Of a stretch of 64,000 nt of DNA, positions 29,521 through 39,508 are shown one piece after another. The notes beneath the pieces are model-generated. The model saw only the letters and a list, made by a program, of their open reading frames with translations, was not told the origin of the DNA and did no database searches. The DNA comes from Longimicrobiales bacterium (GTDB lineage Bacteria; Gemmatimonadota; Gemmatimonadetes; Longimicrobiales; Gaopeijiaceae), in contig CBDFIQ010000002.1 of the NCBI GenBank assembly GCA_965248195.1, positions 1 through 64,000 on the forward strand, in the 5' to 3' direction. The stretch's first letter is position 1. Every line of letters begins with the position of its first letter. A program made the position numbers and the translations under genes.

Positions 29521-30039
29521 TCCCAGCATACGGCCGGCCCTAGGCTAGTCCAACGAAGAAAATTGCGGTCTTTTGTAGCATGGGATCCCCCCGGCGGATG
29601 CTCTGGTGCGGTGGCTCGTACGAAGTCGACCAATGGGCGAACCCGCATTGTCGGGCGAGCGGAGCGGGAAGTCAAATCGTCTTTCAGGTGGTCCCTCACG
29701 TGCGCCTGGTTACCGAGTCTGCCCCAGTGGCGGCCTTGTTGATGTCGGTTATGACGGACGGAGTTGCCCAGACCCCCTTGGCGGGAGACTGGATCTTGTC
29801 GATCAGCAGCCCCGAGGGGGAATTCGACCTACCTGTTCGGCGGCTTGGCCGGTGGCTCTTGGTCTGCCACCCGGGTGGAGGAGCAGCGGCGCGGCGCCGT
29901 ACTCCCACGGGTGGAAAACAGTGGGCGGGGCGCCGTGTGTATGTTATGTTGAGTATCTACGGCGGTTGTTTTCCTTGGGATGGATCTCCTCAGTTTTCCC
30001 GCCTTCCAGCTTTACTCTTGATTTATTGCTTTTGATTCG

Positions 30040-32415
30040 ATGGTGAGGTGCGTGTTGAGCATGGGTATGTTTCCGAACAACGGACCGGGGCAGAGCCGCC
30101 GGAAGATGGAGCCCGTTTCGGCCCTGGTGATCGGGTTTGTTTTGGCCCTCGTGCCAGGCAACGTGGCGGGCCAGGTCGAGGAAGGGACTGAACCCGCACC
30201 CGTGATGGATACGGTCGCGGAGAATCCCGTTGTGATTCCCAGCCGTCCGACGGTGCGTCCAACCCGCACCGGCACGCCTCCGGATATCGACGGACGTCTC
30301 GACGACGAAATATGGAAGACGGCAGCTCTGATCACGGAGTTCGTGCAGCAATCTCCGCTCGACGGTGCGCCCGCGACCGAGCAGACCGAGGTCTACATCG
30401 CTTACGACGCGGACAATATCTACTTCGGGATCTATGCACACTATGAGGACCCTTCGATCATGCGCGCCAACCGGGTGGACCGTGACCGAGCTCAAGCAGA
30501 CGATCTCATAACGATCTATTTCGACACCTTCCTGGACCAGCAGCGCGGGTACGACTTCGACATCAACGGCTACGGGGTCCAGGGTGACGGTATCATCAGC
30601 GGTGGCGGTGGCGGCGGACGGTGGCGGGGTGGGGGTGGCGGTTCCGGCGGCCGCATTCCGCACGCGGATCGCTCGTGGAACACCTTGTTCGAAACCGGTG
30701 CACAGATGGTGGAAGACGGATTTACGGCAGAGATGGCGATCCCCTTCAAGAGCCTACGGTATCCCAGCCGGGCTCGGGACGAGGCGCACCAGTGGGGCTT
30801 CCAGATCGTTCGCGAGGTCAAGGGTAAGGATCAGGAGAACCAAGTTTGGGCGCCCATGTCCCGCGACGAGTCGAGCTTCTTATCGCAGATGGGCGTGCTG
30901 GACGGCATGGTCAACTTATCCACCAGCCGGAACATCGAGATCTTGCCGACCTTCACGACCATCCGGCACGGTGCGATCGACGCGACCGTTCCAGCGTTCG
31001 TCCATCAGAATACCGATCCCGACGCGGGGATGAACGTCAAGTACGGCGTCACGAGCAATCTGACCGCCGACTTTACCGTGAATCCGGATTTTTCGCAGAT
31101 CGAGTCGGACCGCACTCAGATCGAGGTGAACCAACGCTTTCCCATATTCTATCCTGAGCTCCGGCCCTTTTTCGTAGAGGGGGCGGAGATTTTCAACTTT
31201 TCGGGGCCGGTGACGCTGGTCCACACCCGAACCATCGTCGATCCGGACTACGGCGCGAAGCTGACGGGCAAGGTGGGTAGCTTTTCGATCGGTGCGCTGG
31301 CGGCGAACGATCGCGCGCCCGGGAAGGTGGAGGACGAGTCGGACCCTGCGTTCGGCCAGCGCGCCAACACGTTTATCAGCCGTGCGCGATACGACCTGTA
31401 TGCCGAGTCCAACGTCGGCGCCATTGTCACGGATCGGGAGTTCATGGACGGTTATAGCCGGTTGATCGGGGCGGATGGCAACTTCCGGCTCAACCGGACC
31501 ACCTCGGTTTCGGGTCGTGCCCTTCGGACCTGGCAGCGGGCTCCCGGTGAGGTCGAGCGTACCGGTCGTTTGTTGGACGCCAGCATCCGCCAAAACGGGC
31601 GAAACCTGAGCTGGTTCCTCGCGTCCTATCAGCTCTCTCCGGACTTCGGCACCGACGTCGGATTCGTGCGCCGCACGGACCAGCAGCGTGTCGTCTCGAA
31701 TGTTTCTTACCGGTTTTGGCCGGAGGGCCGGATCATCAACTGGGGTCCCCGAGTGAGCGTCAGTCGGAATTGGGACTTCGACAGAGTGCTCCAGGACCGA
31801 GGGCTCGGTCTCGGTCTGAACTTCTCCTTTGCCGGCAACATCAGCTTCAGCACCGACGTGAACCGGAACATGGAACGGTTTCTCGGGACGAGGTTCGAAA
31901 AGACGAGATTTTCCGTGCGGACGAACGTGAATGCCAGCCGTTCATATTCCTTCGGCGGGAACTTCCGGGTGGGTGACGAGATCCTTTACAGCGACGATCC
32001 CGCCCTCGGCCACCAGGTCGCGTGGAGCCTCAGCGCCCAGGTGCGACCCACGCCGAGTATCTCCACGAGACTCAACCTGAACGCGACCCGGCTGACGATC
32101 GGTGGCGTCGAGGAGTTCGCCGTCAAGATCCTGCGTGCCACTACGACGTATCAGGTCACCGAGAAGTTGGGGCTCCGAAACATCACGGAGTTCAACTCGC
32201 TGGATAGGGAGCTCGACCTCAACCTGCTCGCCACGTATCGGATCGATGCGGGGACCGTCTTCTTCGTCGGCTACGACGACCATTACCAGCAGGCCAATCT
32301 CATCGAAGGAGACCGGGACGGCGACGGATTCAACGAGCAACTTTTTTTCCGGAACCGTCTACAGCGAACCAATCGCGCGTTGTTTGTGAAGCTCCAGTAC
32401 TTGCTGCGTTACTGA
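30040..32415 (+). CDS. DUF5916 / CBM9-like outer-membrane protein
   Basis: IDGRLDD, AIPFKSLRY, NPDFSQIESD, ELRPFFVEG; start uncertain. Confidence 0.85.
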   Translation: MVRCVLSMGMFPNNGPGQSRRKMEPVSALVIGFVLALVPGNVAGQVEEGTEPAPVMDTVAENPVVIPSRPTVRPTRTGTPPDIDGRLDDEIWKTAALITEFVQQSPLDGAPATEQTEVYIAYDADNIYFGIYAHYEDPSIMRANRVDRDRAQADDLITIYFDTFLDQQRGYDFDINGYGVQGDGIISGGGGGGRWRGGGGGSGGRIPHADRSWNTLFETGAQMVEDGFTAEMAIPFKSLRYPSRARDEAHQWGFQIVREVKGKDQENQVWAPMSRDESSFLSQMGVLDGMVNLSTSRNIEILPTFTTIRHGAIDATVPAFVHQNTDPDAGMNVKYGVTSNLTADFTVNPDFSQIESDRTQIEVNQRFPIFYPELRPFFVEGAEIFNFSGPVTLVHTRTIVDPDYGAKLTGKVGSFSIGALAANDRAPGKVEDESDPAFGQRANTFISRARYDLYAESNVGAIVTDREFMDGYSRLIGADGNFRLNRTTSVSGRALRTWQRAPGEVERTGRLLDASIRQNGRNLSWFLASYQLSPDFGTDVGFVRRTDQQRVVSNVSYRFWPEGRIINWGPRVSVSRNWDFDRVLQDRGLGLGLNFSFAGNISFSTDVNRNMERFLGTRFEKTRFSVRTNVNASRSYSFGGNFRVGDEILYSDDPALGHQVAWSLSAQVRPTPSISTRLNLNATRLTIGGVEEFAVKILRATTTYQVTEKLGLRNITEFNSLDRELDLNLLATYRIDAGTVFFVGYDDHYQQANLIEGDRDGDGFNEQLFFRNRLQRTNRALFVKLQYLLRY

Positions 32416-32452
32416 GCGCGAGCCCCGACAGACTTTTCGCGCCCGCACTGCG

Positions 32453-33289
32453 TCACCGGATCCTCGGATTAGGGTACTCCGGCACTCGAACCAGCCCCCC
32501 GATCCCGAACACGCGGCTGACTCCCACGACCACTCGGACGTTGGCAACCCCGCGGTTCCACTCGTCGAGCCGGCTCGCGAGCCCCATGTCGATCACCGTG
32601 AGGTTGGTGATTTGCACACGTGTACCGAGTTCGGCCCACGTCCGGGTCGGGCCGGTATCAGCCGGAATCTCGGTGTAAAGATCGCCCATGATCAGCCGGC
32701 TGCTGAAGCCCACCGGGATGTCGAAGGCGATGCCGCCCCGCCAATAATCATCCCCGTCCACCTCTGATGCCAAGACATACCCGCCGTTGACGTGGATCCG
32801 GAATCGGTTGGCAAAGCCTCGTGTGAGGAGCAGATCGACCCCCCAGGCCCAATCTTCTCGGGAGAGATCAGATCCCGTGGGAGCCTCTGCACCGGTTTGA
32901 ATGGCGACCGCGGGCCACGTCCACCCCTCGTGTTTGAAGTTGTAGAGCGCCTCGACTTCCAGCGATTCGAGTCCGTTCGAGGTACTCGCCCCGTCGTCCT
33001 CCGTGGCCACCTGCAGGCCTGCGCCGATCTCGAAGTTCCGAAACAGGCCCGTCTCCAAATCCAGGAGACCCTCGAGCGATCTCCGGCCCCCTTCCGTCCA
33101 ACCACCTTGCAGCCCGAACTGAAACTCCCACTCCAGATACTTCTTCGGATATGCGTCCGTGACCTTGAGAGGACGGCCCGCATCCAGGGATCGAAAATCC
33201 TCCTGTGCGGTCGCTTCTCCGCCCGAAAGCACCGCCATCAACGAGACAGCGAACAACGGTAAATCCCGGACTCGTGCCGTGGCACTCAT
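32453..33289 (-). CDS. outer-membrane transporter-like beta-barrel
   Basis: Signal peptide, amphipathic strands; ATGA-coupled to the upstream gene. Confidence 0.7.
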   Translation of the reverse strand: MSATARVRDLPLFAVSLMAVLSGGEATAQEDFRSLDAGRPLKVTDAYPKKYLEWEFQFGLQGGWTEGGRRSLEGLLDLETGLFRNFEIGAGLQVATEDDGASTSNGLESLEVEALYNFKHEGWTWPAVAIQTGAEAPTGSDLSREDWAWGVDLLLTRGFANRFRIHVNGGYVLASEVDGDDYWRGGIAFDIPVGFSSRLIMGDLYTEIPADTGPTRTWAELGTRVQITNLTVIDMGLASRLDEWNRGVANVRVVVGVSRVFGIGGLVRVPEYPNPRIR

Positions 33290-34425
33290 CTCCCAACCCC
33301 CTCGGGCAGCAAAGGCATCATGAACTGGCCCATGGGAACCATCTGCGACTCGGGGTGGCCTTGCGGCAGCCACGATCCGTCGGGAAGCCGTGTCGGAACG
33401 CGCATCGAGCCCGGGCCCATCGTATGGTCCGCCATGGCCGTTATCCCTGGCGCCACCATTGAGTCCTGCGTGGCATAGATCTGGTTCTCGAGCATCCGGT
33501 CGATCTCTGCCTCCTTCTGCTCCCGGCTGAAGTTCTCGTCCACCATGATGTCATTGGTGATGTCGTGCATCATGTGGAGGTTGTCGAAGATGTGTGCGGC
33601 GGCTGGAAACATCTTGGAAAAACGGGGGGCGGCCTCCGCGGTCAGAGGCATGTACTCAGGGGGATTGACGAGGACCGAATCCACGAACAGGTCGATGACC
33701 CGATCGAGCTCTCGCGCCTGGGCCTCGGGAGTCGGTTCCATGAGCGCCTCGTACACGGCCGCGTGGTGCCAGTGGTATGCCCAGAGGATCCCGTTGATGT
33801 CGGGATACTTGCGGGCAAAAACCCCAGCCCACGTTCCTCCGCCCATCATCCACCGGTGCCCGTATCCTCGGGTGGAAAAGGCCGCCTCGGGGTTCGACAG
33901 GTAATACGCGATAGCGCGCTCGCCGGCGGCCTTCTTCTCGGTTACCGAAGGGTCCGTGAGGATGTCGTAGAGCTGGCTGTGGAGGTGGTGCGTCCAGTCC
34001 ATGTTACGCCCGGTCGGATGAGCCATCCTCATCTAGGCAGGCGCAATGAGCTCCGCAGGTGGCTCGAACCGGGGCGGGGCCGTAACAAACCGGCGAATAC
34101 GCGTCTCCAACTCTGTGAACGCCTCCGTCGCGTCCTCACCCTGCGTGAGTGCGACCTCGTAAATGCCGAAGTGGGCCAAATGGGCGGCGTAGAAAGACTG
34201 AGCCGCTCTCGTGTGGGTGTCGTAGAAAGCGAAGTTGTAATTCCCCGGAAGTTGGAACTGGCTATTCCGGGGAGTCACGCCGGCACAGGAAGTCTCCGCT
34301 AGGGCGATGACAAGAACCGCCATGGGGGTGACTCCCCTACCCCAGACAGGTTTTCGGCGACCGAGCGGACAGAATCGCTTCGGTCCGATGAAAGTCTTGG
34401 CTCCAAGGGGATCGGTGCACTGCAA
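33286..34425 (-). pseudogene. His/Met-rich putative metal-binding lipoprotein with in-frame TAG at 34033-34035
   Basis: ORFs 34033-34425 and 33286-34032 abut in one frame; HWHH, IFDNLHMMHD, WTHHLH motifs. Confidence 0.7.
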
Positions 34426-34471
34426 GTTTAGCTCCTCGTGTTAGCCTGCTGAAACGGGATTCGTTTCGAGC

Positions 34472-34858
34472 TCAGCCTAAACGAGGAGGGGGAGGCACCA
34501 TTTCCGCGTCGGGCGGCATCATTCCGCCGAGGTACGCCACCTGGGCAATAGAAACCCGATCACTCGGCCCCAGGCCGTGTTCGCGGGTAACGGTGATGCC
34601 CGATGCGCAGGCGACCATGGCACACGTGCCCGAGTGATTTCCCCCCGGGGGGCCTGAGTGCTCACCGTGCTGAGACGGACCGTGCTCAGCCATCGAAGCC
34701 GACGCGTGGGCGGCGGGACGGTCCATACCAGCCCCCATGCGGGACTCCACGTGCGACGCATGAAGCACGCAGAGGGCCTGGCCGAGGAATGCCCCAACGT
34801 AAAGCACTAGCACGATCGACGTGGCTCGCTGGAGCACGGTGTCAGGTATTAAGATCAT
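34472..34858 (-). CDS. DUF2946-like small His/Cys protein with C-terminal PPPPR
   Basis: TM helix, His-rich linker, CAMVAC, ends VPPPPRLG; first gene of the operon. Confidence 0.6.
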   Translation of the reverse strand: MILIPDTVLQRATSIVLVLYVGAFLGQALCVLHASHVESRMGAGMDRPAAHASASMAEHGPSQHGEHSGPPGGNHSGTCAMVACASGITVTREHGLGPSDRVSIAQVAYLGGMMPPDAEMVPPPPRLG

Positions 34859-35132
34859 CTGGGCCGGCGCGACAACGCTCTGGGCAATGCCAAGTGGCAA
34901 CGACGGGGCGGTACTTCCCTGGACTCAGCATGTGCCACCTCGCCCTGGGTGGCAAGAGGGCACCCGCCTTCCCTCAAACACATTTGGCTTGACTACCCGT
35001 TGGTGGGGCCCTAGAAATGACTCCGTCCGAGCGCTGTTCGGTCAACGGCACGCACCGAGCGCTTTTCGATCAACGGCACGCACCGGAGAACAATGTTTCA
35101 AATAGGGCCAAGAAAAGGTTGGGGACGTTGAC

Positions 35133-37436
35133 GTGAGAAATGCCGTCCCATGGACGGGTCTGGGGGCGCTCGGATCCCTTCTCCTCCTATCCGCCTCTTC
35201 CGCCTCCGCCCAGTACCGCCGCCCTGTCGACGCCGAGGCGATACAGGCGGTGATGCCCGCCGCCGACAGCTTCTCGGTGAAGGCGGGCCTCCCACCCGTA
35301 TACACCGCGTACGGCCCCAGCTCGGACGGATCACCGCGCAGCGTGGTCGGCTACGTGTACCTGACATCGAATGTACCGCCCACCGTGTACGGCTATAGCA
35401 GCCGGATCGATGTGTTGGTGGGGATGGATCTGGCGGGCCGCCTCACGGGCATGCACATCGTCAACTACCGCGAATCGCTCAGCAGCTCCCGTGGGGACTT
35501 TATGAGGGGAGCCGGCCTCGAGGAGCAAGTTCCGGGTAAACACATTTCCGAGGCGTTCCAGGTCGGGAGGGACTTGGACGGCGTTAGCGGCGCATCGATA
35601 TCTGCCCGTGCCATGTACCGCGGTATCCGTAACTCCGCCCGGCGGGTGGCGCTCGCATACCTGCAGCCTGATCCAGCGACCGCGCCCGCGACGGCTGGAG
35701 CGCTCGAGGACCTCACGTGGCTGCAGATGATTTCGACCGGCTACATCCGAACGATGCAAATCGACAGATTCAACGCGGGCTTGGAGCTCTCGTTCGCGTA
35801 TATGGGCGACGAGGCGCTTGGAAGTCTTCTGATGGGTTTGGTGAGGTACCAAGACGTAAGCTCGCGTGTGGACGGTTTGCTTGGCGACGATCACGCGATG
35901 TTCGTCGGCATCGACGGGAGCGAGGTCGCGGGATTCCGCAGCAACGCGCTCTCGGTCCACCAGGGCGGGGAGGTCTATCCGGTTCCGAGTAGACGGGTGG
36001 TCTTCCTGGGAACGCCGTATGAGGGCAAGGCGGCTGGGCAGATCGTATACACACTGATCATGCGTATGGACGGCGCCGTCGATCTCGCGCAGCCCTTCGC
36101 GATCGTCTACGACGACGGTACGGGCGTCCCGTCCACCACGGAATACATCGTCCAGGAGGAGGTGCTGACAGCCGTCCGCGAGCGAGCCGCGGTTGCCGAG
36201 CTGGCCGCCGCGGAGCAGGGCGCTGAGGAGGCGGGCGCGGAGGAGGCAGCCGCCGTGGAGCCGGCCGTCTCCGGAGATGAATCGGCCGCCGTCCCCCGAG
36301 ACGAGTCGGCCGCCCTCCCCGAAGAGGAATCGGCTCCCGTCCCCGTGCGAGCCAGCGCGACCGAGCCGGCCTCCACGGAATCAGTCGATTCCGGGACGCC
36401 GGCTGCGGAGCCGGTCGCTGCCGTGCCGGCCGAGGCTTCCTCACCGCCCTCTGAGCTGACCGTACCGGACGGGGCCCTTGATTTTACGTCGGACGGCCCG
36501 CCCGAGGGGTCGGCGGCCGAGGACGCGTCAACCGGGTCGGCGCTCCAGGGCATCCCCGAGATGGATTTTTCGGCCTTCGAAGATTTCGAGGATGAGTCGG
36601 CTCTGTCTCGGTTGTTGGTTCAGACCCGGTGGGCTCCAGTAATTCGCCTCGTTCTGCTCCTGGCTCTGGTTTTGTACGCCTTCTTCGCGAAGAGTAAGCC
36701 GGTACGTGTTGTCACTCTCGCCGTCACGCTCATCTATCTCGGATTCTTCGACGGCGGTTTCCTATCCGTCTCGCATATCACCAGTGGATTCGCCGTGGGC
36801 CCGGGCTTCTACCTCCAGGATATGGCGTTGCTGTTCATGGTTGGGTTCACCGTGGTCACCACGCTGCTCTGGGGCCGAATGTTCTGCGGATTTCTCTGTC
36901 CGTTCGGAGCCCTGCAGGACTTGATCACGCATATCGTGCCGCGCCGTCTGCAGCGAAGATTTCCCCAGTGGATCCACGACCGCGCCCTCTACCTCAAATA
37001 CGGGATTCTGCTCTTGATCGTCGGCTTGGCTGCGGTCCCTGCCCAGATCGGAGTGTACCAGTACTTCGAGCCCTTCGGGACCGTGTTTTACCTGAGTTCG
37101 TCGCCTCTGTTGTGGAGTATCGCCGGTGGGTTTCTCGTGGCGTCGGCCGTGGTGCCGCGGTTCTACTGCCGCTACGCGTGCCCTCTGGGTGCCGCATTGG
37201 GCGTTGCTTCACTCCTGGCGGTCTTCCGGATCCGGCGCGTGGAACAGTGCGTCCCCTGCAAGGTGTGCGAAAACGTATGTCCGACTGGCGCCATCCGCGG
37301 ACCCGAAATCGATTTCAAAGAGTGCGTCCGATGTAACGTCTGCGAGACCAAGTTGTTGACCAAGGCGGGCGTATGCCGACACAGTATGGAGTACGTTCGT
37401 TCCCGGCTGGTTCAGTTGAAAACTCCAGTCCGGTAA
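35133..37436 (+). CDS. NosR/NirI-like FMN-binding 4Fe-4S membrane protein
   Basis: DGVSGASIS flavinylation motif, FCGFLCPFGALQ, CRYACPLG, CxxCxxCxxxCP. Confidence 0.85.
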   Translation: MRNAVPWTGLGALGSLLLLSASSASAQYRRPVDAEAIQAVMPAADSFSVKAGLPPVYTAYGPSSDGSPRSVVGYVYLTSNVPPTVYGYSSRIDVLVGMDLAGRLTGMHIVNYRESLSSSRGDFMRGAGLEEQVPGKHISEAFQVGRDLDGVSGASISARAMYRGIRNSARRVALAYLQPDPATAPATAGALEDLTWLQMISTGYIRTMQIDRFNAGLELSFAYMGDEALGSLLMGLVRYQDVSSRVDGLLGDDHAMFVGIDGSEVAGFRSNALSVHQGGEVYPVPSRRVVFLGTPYEGKAAGQIVYTLIMRMDGAVDLAQPFAIVYDDGTGVPSTTEYIVQEEVLTAVRERAAVAELAAAEQGAEEAGAEEAAAVEPAVSGDESAAVPRDESAALPEEESAPVPVRASATEPASTESVDSGTPAAEPVAAVPAEASSPPSELTVPDGALDFTSDGPPEGSAAEDASTGSALQGIPEMDFSAFEDFEDESALSRLLVQTRWAPVIRLVLLLALVLYAFFAKSKPVRVVTLAVTLIYLGFFDGGFLSVSHITSGFAVGPGFYLQDMALLFMVGFTVVTTLLWGRMFCGFLCPFGALQDLITHIVPRRLQRRFPQWIHDRALYLKYGILLLIVGLAAVPAQIGVYQYFEPFGTVFYLSSSPLLWSIAGGFLVASAVVPRFYCRYACPLGAALGVASLLAVFRIRRVEQCVPCKVCENVCPTGAIRGPEIDFKECVRCNVCETKLLTKAGVCRHSMEYVRSRLVQLKTPVR

Positions 37437-37445
37437 GGAGGTCGA

Positions 37446-38480
37446 ATGTCGGAGGCATCCAGTCGCAGCTTGCCGCGGCGCCAGGTTCTGCGGATCACCG
37501 CAGCGGTGGGCGCGTCTGCGATCCTGGGCGGAGGTCTCCTGCGCGCCGCCTTGGAGCGGGCGGGCCTGCACCAAGTGCGCCAGACGCGCACCCAGATGGG
37601 TACGCTGGTCACGATTACGGCTGTGCATCCGGACCCCGAGGCCGCACGAATGATGGTGGCCGCCACGTTCGATGAGATCGAGCGGCTGGAGAGCTTGCTG
37701 AGCCGCCACCGCATGGGCACCCCTGTATGGAGCCTCAACAAGAATGGGGTGGTTCGCGCCCCACCTCGGGAGGTGCTCGAGGTGGTTCAAGGGGGGCTCG
37801 ACTACTCGGCTCTGACCGCAGGGGCGTTCGATATAACGATCGCCCCCCTGCTCAACCTCTACAATTCGAGCTTTTCCGAGACGGGAGCCGCGCCTCCCCA
37901 GGGAGAGGTCCGGCGGGCGCTGGCGCTCGTCGGATTCCGGCATATTCGAGTGAGCGACCGCGAGATCGCCTTCGAGAAGGCCGGGATGGCAGTGACCCTG
38001 GACGGGATCGCCAAGGGATACATCGTGGACCGGGCCGTGGGGGTTCTTCAGGAGCGCGGTGCCACGAGTGTGCTGGTCGACGCCGGAGGCGATATGGCGT
38101 CGGCCGGTGACAGCCTCGGGGGCGACGCGTGGAGGATCGGGCTCCAGGACCCGCGGGTGGCGGATGGAAGCCTCGGAGTCCTTCGGCTGCGAGGCGAGTC
38201 TGTCGCCACCTCCGGTGACTATATGCAGTACCTCACGCCCGACATGAGCCTGCACCATATCATCGACCCCCGGACCGGATCGTCGCCCGGACATACCAGT
38301 GGCGTTTCCGTGGTGGCTCCCTCCGCGATGGCAGCGGATGCCTTGTCGACCGCCGTTCTGGTGCTCGGCCCCGGGGAAGGAATGGAGCTGCTCGACCGCC
38401 TCGACGGAATAGAGGGGATGATCGTCACGAAGGATCAGACGGTTCTGAGGTCGAGAGGGCTGGGCCGGTACACCGCATGA
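37446..38480 (+). CDS. apbE: FAD:protein FMN transferase
   Basis: Tat signal RRQVL, MGT, GAFDIT, GIAKGY, ATSGDY, HIIDPRTG, ADALST. Confidence 0.92.
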   Translation: MSEASSRSLPRRQVLRITAAVGASAILGGGLLRAALERAGLHQVRQTRTQMGTLVTITAVHPDPEAARMMVAATFDEIERLESLLSRHRMGTPVWSLNKNGVVRAPPREVLEVVQGGLDYSALTAGAFDITIAPLLNLYNSSFSETGAAPPQGEVRRALALVGFRHIRVSDREIAFEKAGMAVTLDGIAKGYIVDRAVGVLQERGATSVLVDAGGDMASAGDSLGGDAWRIGLQDPRVADGSLGVLRLRGESVATSGDYMQYLTPDMSLHHIIDPRTGSSPGHTSGVSVVAPSAMAADALSTAVLVLGPGEGMELLDRLDGIEGMIVTKDQTVLRSRGLGRYTA

Positions 38481-38602
38481 GGAAGTCTCCGCTGCAGCGT
38501 CGGCGGATTTTTTTCTTCTAGTGAACCCGGCGCCGGGAGTCCAATATTCAATAGGGAAATGCACTCTTCATTCATACTCGCGCACCGAGCCCCCGAGGGT
38601 AT

Positions 38603-39508
38603 ATGATCCGGTACGATGAGAAAAAGCCGATGACTGAGGTTGTGATGACTGAGGTTGTAGAGAGCCGCTGGGTCAGGGGCGCTCTTGTGGCGTTCGGGGT
38701 GATGGCCCTGGGTCTCGGGACGGCCCGTGTCTCGGCTGCACAGACCATCGACGAGCGCCTGCGCGCCTCCCGCCAGTCCTCCGGAGGGACTGAGGGTTTT
38801 GTGGACCCGTCGGGGAGGGCCTTCACTTTCTGCCGGGTCGCCTACCGGCAAGTGCGCCGCGAGCCGATGGGTCAGGGTTGGCGCACCGACTATCCGGATG
38901 CCGACCGGAACCTCATGCTCCGGCTCTCGCAACTCACGACGACCCCGATCAGGACGACCCCACAGGGACGCCCCGACCACCTCATCGTGCAACTCACCGA
39001 TGATGAAATCTTTCAGTGCCCCTTCGTTTTCATGTCTGACGTGGGGACGATGGCGCTCGACTCGGAGGAGGCGGAGCGTCTCCGCAAATATCTCCTGCGG
39101 GGAGGGTTTCTATGGGTCGACGATTTCTGGGGTGAGTATGCCTGGGATAGGTGGGTTGAAGAGATCACCAAGGCGCTTCCGCCGGGCGAGTACCCGATCG
39201 AGGACCTCCCCGCCGGCCATATGATATTCAACGCGCTTTACAACGTCTACGACGTGCCCCAGGTGCCGTCCATTCAATATTGGCGTCGGAGCGGCGGGGG
39301 CACCTCGGAGCGCGGCTCCGGCAGTGCCGTCCCGCACCTCAGAAGCATTCGGGACCACAATGGGCGGATCATCGTCCTGATGTCCCACAACACCGACATC
39401 GCCGATGGCTGGGAGAGAGAAGGGGAGGACGAGGCGTTCTTCTTCCGGTTTTCTCCCAAGGCCTACGCGCTCGGGATCAACATCATCCTGTACGCTCTGA
39501 CCCACTAG
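38603..39508 (+). CDS. DUF4159 domain protein
   Basis: WRTDYPDADRNL, LRGGFLWVDDFWG, NTDIADGWE, GINIILYALTH. Confidence 0.85.
   Translation: MIRYDEKKPMTEVVMTEVVESRWVRGALVAFGVMALGLGTARVSAAQTIDERLRASRQSSGGTEGFVDPSGRAFTFCRVAYRQVRREPMGQGWRTDYPDADRNLMLRLSQLTTTPIRTTPQGRPDHLIVQLTDDEIFQCPFVFMSDVGTMALDSEEAERLRKYLLRGGFLWVDDFWGEYAWDRWVEEITKALPPGEYPIEDLPAGHMIFNALYNVYDVPQVPSIQYWRRSGGGTSERGSGSAVPHLRSIRDHNGRIIVLMSHNTDIADGWEREGEDEAFFFRFSPKAYALGINIILYALTH

Noticed and set aside
29540..30035. Overlapping short ORFs
   Set aside because: No coherent domain; at most a decayed fragment (LAGDWILSISSPEGEF).
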